DNA from: Owenia fusiformis | Taxonomy: Eukaryota | NCBI GenBank assembly: GCA_903813345.2 | Contig: CAIIXF020000001.1 | Coordinates: 49,600,001-49,664,000, forward strand | Direction of reading: 5' to 3' | DNA: 64,000 nt | Shown here: piece after piece, positions 48,438 to 62,567 of the stretch | Layout: each line of letters begins with the position of its first letter | Position numbering within the stretch: the stretch's first letter is position 1 | Made by a program: the position numbers and the translations under genes | Notes under the pieces: generated by a model | Databases searched by the model: none | What the model saw: the letters and a program-made list of their open reading frames with translations, nothing else | Told to the model about the DNA's origin: nothing

Positions 48438-51400
48438 CATGATAATCTAATCAATTTGTTTTCTCGCTACTTTACTTAAAATTGAATTTGCCTAAAAAAG
48501 TGTGACATTGATATAAAAATCAATGGTTTCGAAATGATTGGGAGCAAATTCCAAACAACTTATTTATAACATGTATTTCAAGTTCTGAAGCACTTTTATA
48601 AAGGAACTTTAAACTATTTATTTGTTTATAAATGTGGATTAGATAGATGCTAATTGGTCCATTCTAAAGATTAAATTCAATGTAGGTAAATCAAAGTACA
48701 CAAGAATATCATACTGTAGATGCAAAATGTTGTTCTCTTTAATGGTCATGTCCTTTTCGTTTGAGGCATTTTCATCACCTCTGCACATGATAACAGGATA
48801 AGTTTTTTATCTTAATATCCTTGACCCAAACCTCCACTGTCCTTGTTGGAATAAGTGAAGTTTAGGGACCTGTTTATTAATAAACTTATAATATTTATAA
48901 TAGTTGTATAAAACACCCCCATTTGACTGGCCATTTAAAATCAATCAATTAATGCTTAATATAGCATGTATAAAAATGAGCATGTGAGCATATCATGCAA
49001 AGAGTGAGACGTCAAGGAGCTTTCATTTATATCATATTTTGTTACTCGGATTTAATTAATTTTGACAGTTTGAGTTTATCCAACATATGGGTCACAATAA
49101 TTCACCACTTCGAGTATTAAGAAAATCAGAAGTTTTTGAAGTTCAGTGACAGTTGTTACAGTTGATCAATTGTTTATGTTCAAATGTGATCACATAGTAA
49201 TTTACAAAAACAATTTCAAAGATTTGTAGAAATTACATCTGTAATGCTTACAATAGACATACAGATGTCATCATATTATGTAATGGTATTGTAATCTGTT
49301 ACGATTCGCGGTTTCTCAGCTGCTAGCTCATGCTTTCTAATAATGATTATTGATAATGTTCATAGTTGTATCTCTTGATTTATTTGGTTTCCAAATGTCA
49401 AAATAGAAACCGGATCAACTTTTAGGAATGTTAATAAATTCAGGTTGCCATTGATGTTTGATTAGTTAGTAGATCATTGATCATTCATTGAACTTTGTAT
49501 TCTTCCATCTCTCGTTGTATAATTATCTCTCTGTATATATATCTACCCTGAATTCCCTTCAATTTTCTGACATAGTATTAGCCTCTGATTATACCTGATG
49601 ATTTTACAATTTTAATTATTGAATGTAGCTATATGGGAGTTTGATTGACTGTTAGCTAAAGGGTACCTATAGAAAAAGAATATAGTGGCATGATTTGATT
49701 TTATGACTACACTGCCTGATTGGATATAGACTTAGAAAGAATTGTCTTTTATTGAAAGAGGATAGAAAAATTACAAGTCACACAAAGGGTAATATAAATC
49801 AAACTTCAATAGGATATACATATGCGTAATACATATACATGTTCAATATCTATCTTTAGTTTTATAGTACGTAAAAACAATTTTGTAAACAAGTTGAAAG
49901 GTACCAGGAATAACAAAGTCAGGAAATGTAAAAGCAAACATATGCGAGAAGTAAACTTAAGGTGAAGGCAGATTGTTTTCAGATTATCAGAATATAACTT
50001 CCCTTTCTTTTATGGAGATCAGTTGCACGTATACATATGTACTTACTACATTACAGAATAAGTATAGTAGGTCGAAGCTGATAGTAGGTCGAAGCTGTCA
50101 TTAGTGGATGAAGGGAAACACGCATTTATATTCAACTTGTTCCGTTACTAGGAAAAGCAATTACGTTATACGTTCACAGGAGATAAATGATTTATTAGGA
50201 TAACAGTTAAAGTGATTGGAAGCTACCTTGATTTTGGAAACACATTGATGTACATGTTATATGCATTTCATATTCGTCTATTTATGTGAAAACACACATC
50301 GGATTAAATTAGGATCTAAAGAAACAATCAAAGTCCTGGTGTTGTTAATGAGTATAGCACCTAATACATGCTTTATATTCAATTGTGTGAAGAGCTAAAG
50401 AGGGACTGTAGATTTAAAGATGTGACACTCTGTCTCCCATGAGGCTTAAGTTGAAGTAAGGATTGACTATTAAGAATATAAAAGTGGAGAACGTTAAATG
50501 ATAAATAACAAGGAAGGGCCTTTGGGAATGAGTAGCCTAGGTGATGTGTGTGATGGAAAATAAGTATGAAAGGTAGGGGGTAAGCGAGGGCCATACCTTA
50601 GTAAGTAAGGATATAGGGGAGAGGAGGTAATAACATAGTTGACATGGCTACTTAACATTGGTATCACTTGGACTCAGCTTTTGAGCCAACCAACCAACAC
50701 TGAAGAAATATCCTGCGTTCTTTGAATGTCGGAGCTGAGTATATAATGTAGATGAAGCTCTCTTTTAAGGGAGCAAAATCAACCTATTAGAGTAAGGTAT
50801 CTGTATGTACATTTAAATCATGGTCTTAAGAATCTGTATAAGTCTGTGGCGATACAGTATTCTATGTTAGAGTAATTACAGTGAAAACAGTGAAAAAGTA
50901 TGAAAAACAAACAAAATCAAACAAAAAATTTGATTATTTGGGATTGTCTTATTTGAAATATATGAGAATATATTATTTGGGATATTTGAGCATGATACTC
51001 AAAATGAGTTAGGGTTTTAAATTATTCCTCAATTTTTTATACTTTGTGAAAAAGATAATGTTGAAACTACAATCGATCTGGGCCTCAATATGTCGAGAAC
51101 AGATTGATCAGAGCTCTAGGGCTCAGAATGTTGGTACTAAATTGATAAATCAACTAAAAATAAGATAATACATTTAGTGATAAAACATTGTCCTTCAATT
51201 TCGCATTTCAGCTAAAAACATTACAGATTCTTTGGAAGTAGATTAGATCACTTGATATCAGCATTTTTATGTCACAAACAATTATTGAATCAGTCGCATA
51301 CACTTTTTACTCAAGAATTTGGGCTAAAGTATATCTTATGCAAAGCTTGTCTGAGCCAATTTCCGAATGCCAGTTTCGCTCTCTGATATACACGTGTACA

Positions 51401-54400
51401 TGTAATTGTAATATTAAAATGATAAACTTTGTCTTAAAATCCTATATGCCACATGTACGTTTATACTTTACAATGAAATGCTGGTATTAATAAATGATAT
51501 ATTATGATTGTATGCTGAGTGCTATATCATATTTCAACTAATGAGCATTATGAAACACTCACATGGGATGTCAACAAAAGATGTGTCTTAAGGGGGAGCA
51601 ATTTATTTTTCTTTAAAATACCAAGAAAACTTCCAGATTTATTACTGATGTTTTGTCATTCCAAAGAGAATTATCTTCCTGTTGAAATATGCATTTGGTC
51701 TATCATTTGCATATAGCCTCTAATTCTGTATGAAGTTCTCCTAAGCAGAGAAATCCAGTTATTCTAAGCAAGTCAAATTGATATGTTGGCTCATTCTTGA
51801 AATCAGAATAGGTAGTAAAATAGTGAACTGTATGCTAGTCATTCTAAATTCGTTAAAAAAATTAAAAATTTAAACATTCATTAAATCACGCTATTTTATT
51901 TTATTTATCGCTATTTATCCAGTAGTGACCACTCGAGCCTCAATTAGTTATGCTAAAAATATATTGGCTTCTGATGACCATAGGTGGAGTTTTATAGATT
52001 ATATTGCCAAGTAGTTAGTTGAATGATGAAACACCAGCCTATGCTGTTGAGGTAAAACACCTCATGGATGTTTTATTCTATTGATTATTCCCTGAAGCCT
52101 AAAAACTAACACTAAAGATCTCCTTTAAGAAGCAAAAATCAAACTGCCGTAAAACCTGTTTATTAGACACTGGAATATCTTTGGTACCTCCGAAAAGTGT
52201 TCAACTTGGGAGGTGTTCAACTTATAGAGGCTCATTTCACATTCAGTCTGTAAGGGCTTGACACTCTAAAGTGTTTTACTAACAGAGGTGTTCCACTCGT
52301 TTCACTCGTACCTTGTTCATCCAAGAAGGAAAGAATGTAGCAGATGATGTCTGGAGCCCTGCATTCAGAGGAATGCAAATTATAATTCCTCAGAGTGGGT
52401 TATTGCATTTCTCTATGGTACCAATACTGTGAGCAGTACCTTTTTATATTCTCCAAAAAGTGGTCACGTATTGTTATAGTCTCCGTTTTTTGTGACGGCG
52501 GTTGGCATTGGGTGGTTGGTGTTTGATGATATTTCGCAAGTTAATGCCTTGTTCAATAGTTGGATTTTACTTGATTAAAAGAGAGCTACTACTCGTACTC
52601 ACTTTTAGGCCTCTGTGTATATGTGCTGGCAAATCTGATTCTCGTCACATTTTCTGACTGACTTGAGAAGGAAGAAGATGCCACGATTTATCATAATGTA
52701 GGCAAGCATGTTTTTACGTGATGGGTGGCAATCAGCAAGGGATTTAGACTTTCACTTGATAGACATCTTGATATACATCTCTCTGTATCGAATAAGTCAG
52801 AAAATAGCTTATCGAAATTCTTTTTCACTATTCTGTTACAAAAATTAGTTTCATTGGAAATTAGTTACGAGTTTAAGTTGATAATGAAACTCCCGAGTTA
52901 GATTTTCACAAAATGCACTGAATCTACTCTTAGCATGTGAACCTCTATATTGAATAAATGGAATAAACATGTTAATATCAGGTTTATCTCAAATATTCAT
53001 TCATTATCTGAATATAATTTGCTTAGTACAAAGTGTGTATTAAATGGAGAATCAAATCAAGCAAGATCCTCAGAGTACTCTTGATAAAAATTGTTTCAAT
53101 TTTAGAATAATTTAGGCTCATATCATTCTTTGTCGTGTCAATTTTCTAAAAATCCCCAAAGCGTGTATTTGAGGAAAACTAAGATTTTTACAATAATGCA
53201 TTCATTTTTCAATAAATATGGCTACCATTTCTTTTATTTGGGAGAATTTAAACATTTTCCCCCATTTTGGCACTTTGAATCCTTAATAACTTCACCAAAC
53301 TAATATATTATATAGTAGATCTTTTGGGGGATATTACATTTGAGATTGCAAGGAATATTTTGGTAGGTCAACTCTACATGTTGCTTACAATTATGTCACT
53401 CCCTCTAGCTCTGATTCTGCCTTTAAGTTTCAAATTGTCCTTAGTGTGAAATTAGTTAATCAGATGAGCAAAGAAATGTTTGTTATTATACCACAGTCAA
53501 AGCAATTAACAGGTATATAAAAGCAAATGATAAATCACATATTTAGGATCAAAATAGATATTGGGATGATATCTGGATTAGCGAGATGATATCAGGATGA
53601 TTTTTTTGATTATTCACTCTATTCATTGCTGCTATGTTAAATCCTTGATTAAGACTACTAGACCTTAGAGGTTGAACTTGAGAATTTGGTTAAATCTGAC
53701 GATTTAACATTCCCAGGACTCAGTCTAAGATATAGTCCCCAAATTGCCCCTTAATTTGAGGTAAAAACTGTATTTAGTGAACACCACCTCAAGACTTATT
53801 TAACATTGACTCCTGTATAAAACCCCCTCTATAGTGAACACCTACCTACAGTGAACACTATTTTGTGGCTCCATTAGTGTTCACTATATACAGGTTCACC
53901 TGTAATTTGAACACATTTTGAAGTAGCTAAAGTAGTTAAATTAGTGGTAAGTTAGAAGTTAGTTTGACAGGAGGAAGGAGACTAGGAAAGGATGCTATAT
54001 ATCCTAGCAGGTAGTTATATCCACGCAACCATGGCATTACTACTAATGTGATTTTGTGCCGTAACTGCTATTAAAGAGAAGCCTTAGCATTAACTGACTA
54101 TAGCATTCTTTTATGGATGGTCTATTCGATTATGACTAATTCTACAAAATGCCATGATGATTAGAATATTCACATGAGAATAGTTGATTTATCCATGGTA
54201 CTTTTTCTAGATATAGAAGGAGGGACATTTTGAAGTGTAAAACTTACAGGGCTTCTGCAAGGAGATGAATTTTTTGGAGTAACCATCGTTACATTTTGAA
54301 ATTAAATTCAAGTTAGGAACAAGAATGAACATCATACCCTCAAGAAAATCATTCAACCTTTATTGAACCAGACATATAGCTGAATAGGAAGATACCTGAT

Positions 54401-55259
54401 TGTTGCCTTTTGTGTTGCTAATATGTTGTAAGATACATGTGTGAAATAATAATCTGTTGATCACCTCGTGCTTTAGAAACTTACGTCAATCCAGGCAGGT
54501 TATGCTAACCAGAGCTACTTGGCGTAATAGTTAAAATCATTGAGAATGTGATTTAAGATATGTGTAGTACTATGATAGAAAAGAGTATAAAGAGATACTG
54601 TCTTGAATAGGCTACTTGGAATCCTAGGGGATGAATAAGAATAATGTCGATGAAGCGGTCTTTTGAAGGTGTGAAATCAAACACATGAAAAGGGTATGAA
54701 AACCAATGGTATGACTGACATTTTAAGCAATATGATGTTTTCTTATTGGGAAATACTGACTTTACCTGTTATGGACTTACCTCATTATTCCTAAGTAGGC
54801 TGTTGCTGGGACATCTAAGACTCAGTGACGTGGAACATAAAATCGGCTTAGAAATATTGACAGTAGACACCTTACAGTAAAAGGATGTATTTTGCTGTTC
54901 AAAACAAAACACCAGGACACAATTCTTTAGACTGATACAAGGTTCCGTCTTTCAGGAAAGTACATGTGTGAACAAATGAAGAACATGAAATGCATATAAA
55001 CTTTCTCAATGGGTTTACAGAACTGACTAGAGTGATTACATTACAGCCAACATATTTTCTTTAGTAGAAGGCAAATTATACACCTTCGTATCTGTCTAAA
55101 CATTGACTCAACAGCAGAAATTCCTTCAGGAGAATTCATAATTACCAGATTATGTCCAACTCTGATGGTAAGATAAGTATGGAAAAAGGATCTAAATATA
55201 ATACCATTGAGGGTACCTCTATGTTCTTGGGATGAGTGAATTCAACATACTAGGTATAA

Positions 55260-55430
55260 ATGCCGTTGCCAATAGAGAGAAAATCATCCCTCAAGGTGTC
55301 AAAATCAGCCACCATCTATGAGGAAGATGTCCCTGTGATCGTACGTAGACGGGGTGTAAGACTACAAGTGTGTATTACACCATGTGATGACAACCCACGA
55401 GGACTTGGCCCTCAAACCCCATCATTCAAT
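55260..55430 (+). CDS. Candidate alternative first coding exon (57 codons), probably of the same large gene
   Basis: Protein-like ORF MPLPIERKSSLKVSKSATIYEEDVPVIVRRRGVRLQVCITPCDDNPRGLGPQTPSFN ending at donor AAT|gtaggt in phase 0, with higher GC than the flanks. Product not recognised. Confidence 0.5.
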
Positions 55431-57858
55431 GTAGGTACATCTGTCTTAAAGAAGCACTATATATCTTCAGCCATTTTTTGAACAAAATTAACATCTAGTT
55501 TTAGTATTTTGGAGGGGGTAGGCGGTCTGTGCATGTGTTTGTATAAATCCCATCTTTTATAGCTATATTTATTTATATAACTAAGGCTTTTTTTCTTGTG
55601 CATATGTCGATGGCAGAATGGCTCATACGGTGATATCAGTCATTCAGCATGAACAAATCATTTATTTAGAAATAATTATGGATGGCAATGTCCTTCTCTA
55701 TGTGTTAATGACTAGAATGCCCTTCCCAGAGATATTAAATCTCTTAGATAGTTAATGTCAGAAAAGTGATTTTTCTATCATTTACCACATTTTAGAAATG
55801 TAAACAAAGAAGTTAGAGAGCAAAGGCTTTTTAATTGTTCCTTAACAGTTGAATCGCGATGAACATTGTAATGTAACGATTTATCCCAACAACATGGGCA
55901 GGTTGATTGAACAGGAAGTAAGGTCGCCACTATAGAAATTGAGGTTGTTACGTAGGAACTGAACCAGGTTGTATTGATGGGAACTAATATGCACAAAGGA
56001 AGCTTTATTCCATCCATCCCATTAAAAATTTTAATGGGAACTTATCTGAATGATGTTTGTTCCATGCCATTAAAAAATAAATGTATTGCGATATTTTGTA
56101 ACAGTACTTAGGGAATTAAGAGAATGTTTGAATTGTTCTCATGCTTGTAAAGTCATCTCGTTTTAATTCCTGAAGAATACAAGTAACTGCCGCAAACAGT
56201 AAACCAATTAGTTGAACTGTAAGTGACACTAGGTAATGTTATTTTTCATGAAACATTGATTTCTGAAGATTGGGCAGATCAGAAGTTACATTTTTATTGT
56301 TGATTCTTGCTTATGTATCTCATCTTTTAGAGGTTTTTCACAATCTTTATGAACTGCAGAGCTATATACACTGTACTACATTAGCAGAGCTTTCATTAGA
56401 TGGTGGGAAACGGAGAAATCCCCTTCTGTAAAGAGGAATTCTCATTCTGTTTTTATCCCCGAGGTTTCCATGGGGATTCAGGTAGATTGTGAGATGTGAT
56501 AAACATTGTTAAACTTTACCATTGCGAGTGGTAAAATGAAAACAATCGTGATTTTTTGAAGTGCAATAAAAGTCAAAAGTTTAATCTCAAAAACATACTT
56601 ATTAAGTTAAATGTTATAGGCCTATTAAGGAAGACCTCCATATATGCTCAGATCGCAACATTTTGCAATTATAAATCCTAATTTTCTTGGGTGGTCTTAA
56701 CCCCCCCCCCCAGCTCAGCCCTCGTGGATGCCAAAATTTCTCTTCCAGCAATGTTCAATTCTCCGCTTGTAAGAATTACTAGTGAAAGAACTGTACCAGA
56801 GCCACTTGAGCAATATGAACTTTCATTGACGCTGATAAGATACTGTTATCTGCAAAATAACACCTCCTCTGTAACATTTTTTGACTTTATCTCTTCAATG
56901 AATTATTTTTTAACTTCATATACTTTGATCATTTTTTTTCTAAAAGGCAACGAGGTACAAGACTTCAACAATAGGTAGAATAACAGAGATATATAATACA
57001 AAAGTATAAATACTGAAGTTATAATCCAAAATGAATGAATTTGAAGCCTTTTACAAAGATTGTTCATAATTATTTTGGACCTTTCAGTATAATCTGCAGC
57101 TTCTGGGTCTACTATCTCAGAACCAGATAACTCTCTGTAAGCTTTTGATAAAGAGGAACCCTGATAAATCCGAACGAATGCAGTGTCATTCATGAAGCAA
57201 CTGAATCATGTGAATCAAGATAATTCATAATGTCAGATTGAAGTCATTGATCTTAGCAATGAGATAATGTGAATGATTGCCATATGACATCATTGTTATT
57301 CACATCAGAGATATTGCTTCTGTAAGCAATTTGCAGTGTCACTCCATACTCGTTTCCCAGTTTGATTTTCAATGATATGAAAACACCATACCTAGGAAAT
57401 CCAAGATGGTGTCACTCAGAGAGGACACACTCCTCCATCAGATGAACCTTGCTTTCTGCTAACAATTCCAGTTCAAAAATGATGTAATGTAGTTACTGTA
57501 TGTAGAATTTATACATACTTAAGAATGAAGGTGATTGATTTTAACATGACTCGAACATAGATAACTATTAGTTTCAGTCTAAATTTGCAACTTGCCTCAA
57601 GTTTCATCAAGAGTGTTCTAGGCTCTAATTTTTCAGGTGAGCTATTATTTTTTTTAGCAAAGCTAAATTATATAATCAACAGGTTATTTATTTTACTTAA
57701 TTACTCTTCATCACATTTTCAAGAAAAGGTATAGCCCCCCCCCCTCCAGAGCCCCCTTACTTTTGCTATTTTAGGGTAGCATTGTATCATAGATATTCAC
57801 TTATAGTAGACTTGATTTGTTCAGATTTATCAGATTCCCTATTTATCTAAATAGGTCT

Positions 57859-59394
57859 CTTTATTAGTATATAGATAGTAGAGGCTGTTGAATCTAGTAG
57901 ACTTGATTGGCAATTAGTAGAAGCAAATAAAATAGTGAATTCAAAGATGTCTCTGTATTATAATCTCTATTAGAAATCTGAAATAATTTAGTATGTACTG
58001 TATGTAGTATAATACTATTAGCGACATCTATACGTTGGTAGCTAAATGATTAACGATCTGATGTGAAATACTCATTTTCTCAACTACTGAAAAGCAAGTA
58101 AAGGCTTAACTTTTGTTAGAGGGCATCAGTGGCAGTAAATATTGTACCAGAATACCATGTTATCATAATATGGCTCATATAGTATATGGCCCATATGGGC
58201 ATTTTTGGAAGCACTTTCAAAGTAATGCAGATGGGTATTTATTTCAAGTTGAATCCTTTCGGTCATTCTACAATTTATTGTAAAAATGATTTTATCCTCA
58301 ATAGGGTATAATTCTTAGTGTAAGAAACTGTTTTTTAAAAGGAGTCCTTCCTTTTTGGTAAGCAATCAGGTAGTGATATCGGTTTGAAGAATATCAGAAT
58401 TGCAATTTTAATAAAAATTATCCCTTCTACAAATTTGGGATTAAGATATAAAGTTGTTTTATAGGTTTTTCAACTGCTCATGTTACACTGCAACCCTGAT
58501 GCTAGTAGTTATTGTACCTGTAGATGACAACGTTCTCTTTAAAAGGAAAAAAATGATATATGTGAAAAAGGTATGATACACTTGCTAGAAATCTCAAATT
58601 GGAAATATTAGAAAGATTGATAGGACTTTATTAGTATATAGATAGTAGAGGCTGTTGAATCTAGTAGACTTGATTGGCAATTAGTAGAAGCAAATAAAAT
58701 AGTGAATTCAAAGATGTCTCTGTATTATAATCTCTATTAGAAATCTGAAATAATTTAGTATGTACTGTATGTAGTATAATACTATTAGCGACATCTATAC
58801 GTTGGTAGCTAAATGATTAACGATCTGATGTGAAATACTCATTTTCTCAACTACTGAAAAGCAAGTAAAGGCTTAACTTTTGTTAGAGGGCATCAGTGGC
58901 AGTAAATATTATACCAGAATACCATGTTATCATAATATGGCTCATATAGTATATGGCCCATATGGGCATTTTTGGAAGCACTTTCAAAGTAATGCGGATG
59001 GGTATTTATTTCAAGTTGAATCCTTTCGGTCATTCTACAATTTATTGTAAAAATGATTTTATCCTCAATAGGGTATAATTCTTAGTGTAAGAAACTGTTT
59101 TTTAAAAGGAGTCCTTCCTTTTTGGTAAGCAATCAGGTAGTGATATCGGTTTGAAGAATATCAGAATTGCAATTTTAATAAAAATTATCCCTTCTACAAA
59201 TTTGGGATTAAGATATAAAGTTGTTTTATAGGTTTTTCAACTGCTCATGTTACACTGCAACCCTGATGCTAGTAGTTATTGTACCTGTAGATGACAACGT
59301 TCTCTTTAAAAGGAAAAAAATGATATATGTGAAAAAGGTATGATACACTTGCTAGAAATCTCAAATTGGAAATATTAGAAAGATTGATAGGACT
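57859..59394 (+). repeat. 767-bp tandem duplication (2 copies)
   Basis: 57859-58625 repeats at 58626-59392. Only two substitutions noticed (attGtacc/attAtacc, aatgcAgat/aatgcGgat). CT microhomology at the junction. Confidence 0.95.
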
Positions 59395-60664
59395 ATTAAA
59401 CATATAAAACATTAAGGCAGGTTGTTTTTTCTGATGTATAGCTGCAGTTATTCATTCTTCTGTCATTGGGGGTGACCTCCGCATTAGAATTAAGTTATTT
59501 GTAATATCTATTTGGTCTTGATCATTTGAAGTCACTACCCTTTGGCAGAGTCTAGTTAAACTACACTCTGCCTAGTAGAGACCATATTACAGTTTAGTAG
59601 CCCTGCCCCCACGACGGGTACTGGTGACAGTTTGGGTAAATCACTTTTGCCCTACGCGCTGACCTTCTACCAATCAGCGAGCTTGAAGAAACATACGCCA
59701 AATGCGTTCTAATTAAATATGCGCATGTCATTGGTCAATTCCGGGCTCAACGATGACGTCAGAAGGAATGACCATATAAAGAACGTCGGTCACGAACACT
59801 GATTGGCGCGGTGAGTTCACAGGTTTATTTTAGTTTGAAAGAGTGAAGATGAAGCTCTCTTTTAAGAAGTGAAGTCAAACGAATGCAAAGGGCCATTGTT
59901 TCAACTATATGAAATTAGAGGGAGAATGCTTTGCTACTCTCCTCTATATTCCTTTGTGATTTTTTCTCATTTGAAATATACTGCAGTTGTCATTATTAAT
60001 AATACCCTACTTTTCAGGGAATATACAAGAAACCGTAAGCAAGTGTTTCTGTTGAATGTTGCACTGATAAATGAGTTCCCTCCATTCTCATTTACTTAAC
60101 ATTTCTTTAGGAAATGAAGAATAGTGAATTCTACTGACATTAATGGCCAAATTATGGAAATTAGTAAGATTAATGAATCCCATGCTGCATCGCTCTCATC
60201 AAAATTTAAGCTATATGGAATAACTTCCCCACAGAAAAAATCTCCAATACTATGCTTTTAAAAACATAACATGGACGATGAGAGAGAAATGTTTTGTAAA
60301 AAATGGAAATGTCAAAAAATCTGATATTTTCACTCAGTAAAAGACAAAATAGAGTGGACTCTTCATGGCTTGTGTGGAAAAATTTAGAATACGTCAGAGA
60401 TGTGCTTTAGAATATGAACACTGAACGTTTTTTTTTGATAATTAACTTAGAGTAATTGGCTATTAACGTATTCATTTTTTATAGAAATGACTGTTTTTAT
60501 GCTTTATCTTACACACGGGACATTTTTGCAAAAAATTGCTTTTGAAACTTTGGCGAAGAGAAACTCATTTTTTATTTATTTTCGTCTGGTATTCCTCCTG
60601 AATGCTATCTATTCTGATCACATCTTTCTGATTTCAAAAAGCTATATAAAAAGGAACTGATAGA

Positions 60665-61122
60665 TAGTGTTGTGGCGATTATTAGATACATCGTGATAAA
60701 CATCACCAAAAGTGATTCTGGCGATGCATCGATGTTAGAAACAAAACATTGATGTTTTAAAAAAATTGAATCTGCTAAAAATCATCTTTTCTTATCCCTT
60801 TTTCCCGCAAATGTCTTACATTTCTCATTCCGTAGCTCATTTTCGTATGTTCTCTAATATTTTCTTACTTTAAAAATGTCTAAGCTTGCCGAAATGAACC
60901 AATGACCTCCAATTTTTAGTTGAATTTCAGTCATCGTTACCGGAAGTACCGAAGTACTATTACTTATTTGTTGCATTCAGTATTTTAGTGCATAAACGTT
61001 TGATATTTTAGTGGACTTTTTCTCTGATCTTTTCCCGATGTACATTCTGATATACATTGATGTTTACTCCTGAAAATTGCCAATGCATCGGTGTATGATT
61101 ATGGCACATCGCGGCAACACTA
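60665..61122. mobile_element. hAT-type MITE, 8-bp TSD
   Basis: TAGTGTTGTGGCGAT..ATCGCGGCAACACTA flanked by CTGATAGA (60657-60664, 61123-61130). Confidence 0.85.
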
Positions 61123-62415
61123 CTGATAGAGAGTATGATTTTCTCACAAGGAGTAATGCTCTTTCGGGTACTCACCCATTTTTTCACTGGCAGCAAGATA
61201 GAGATTGAAAAGTAGTAGCCTAGCAAAATGTTCAACACCATGGTTTTTACTATATACGAGGGCTGTTCAATAAAAATGCTACTTTTATCTGCAATTGCTA
61301 CCAAATTCAGTTTATAGAAGTCCTACATTATCTCGAATATAACAATTCCTTTGATTTCCACCAATCCCTTCAGAAACGCAAAATAACTATGTTTGTATGT
61401 TTATTGAGCAACCTTTCTACTGTATATGCATAACAATATTTTCTTTAATAGGTTATGCTGTTACAAGTATATTTCTATTTTGATTCACTAATGGAAACAA
61501 TGTTTCTTTATTTGAAAAATTTAGCTAAATTTGATTTTATTACTGACTGAAATATAGGAGCCATTTTAGTTTCAATGAACGGATCACCCAAGTGTGAGCT
61601 GTCACTTGGGAGTGACACTAAAAAAGTAATCTTGTGTCTATTTTTGTTTCCCTACATGATATATAGGGCTATCTTCAAAACACATAACTATAGAATGTCC
61701 ATATATTTAGGATTAGATATTATAGAATATTCGAGTATGATAGAATTCTCAGATCTGCAACATTACTATTGTAATAGGCATACCAATTCATATTACAATA
61801 CATTCTTATTGCAGAGAATATGTCAGAGTCAATTTGTTTGAAAATTGGTTCTGTTCATTCTGATTTATCAGAGTCCATCTTTACCTAATGCTGGTATTCC
61901 AAGGAATAGTGCAGGCTGTAGATCCCATATTGGGTTCTGTTGGGTAAAAAAACGACTTTAATTAAGAAAATTGGTTTTAGCAAGGTAGAGAAATCGATTT
62001 TAGCAAGTTACAAGTTTTGGATCCAGGATTCTCTTATTAAAATTTTTGTTCAAAAGCCCATGAGAAAGATAATGAGAAAAGATGTCCAATTATTGCCTGA
62101 TTTGAGTCAATCTGAATCCATTTTACAATAGAAGGAATTAAATTTGATCTCTTTTGAAATTCTTACCATATACATATATAACCATGTCATGAATTATAAT
62201 ATTGAGCAAATTAAAATATCTTTATTTAATAATGAACGTTAACAAAACAAGACAGTATTAGAATGTCCTGTCATCCATCATTTCTTGGTCGAGGGAATAT
62301 AGCATATGTGGATGATGTTATTGACCAGCGCCAAGTAGATCAAGTAGACAGTTACAATTTAAACCATTTGTTAGAATCTCAGCAGCGCAGATATTCTTCA
62401 GTAAATGTATGTTAT

Positions 62416-62567
62416 CAGGGGTTTCAATAGAATTTCTCACAACAGGCTAAATAAATAGAAATCATAAATTTAACATGGAAAAGTTGAAAAGTCCCTAAAA
62501 ACAACAGGCGATTTTGTGAAAACAACCGGTGAAAATCGCCTGTTGCCTGCTGCTAGTAAAACCCCTG
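62416..62567. mobile_element. MITE, CAGGGGTTT..AAACCCCTG, 5-bp TSD
   Basis: TSD GTTAT on both sides; a related fragment starts near 19635. Confidence 0.82.
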
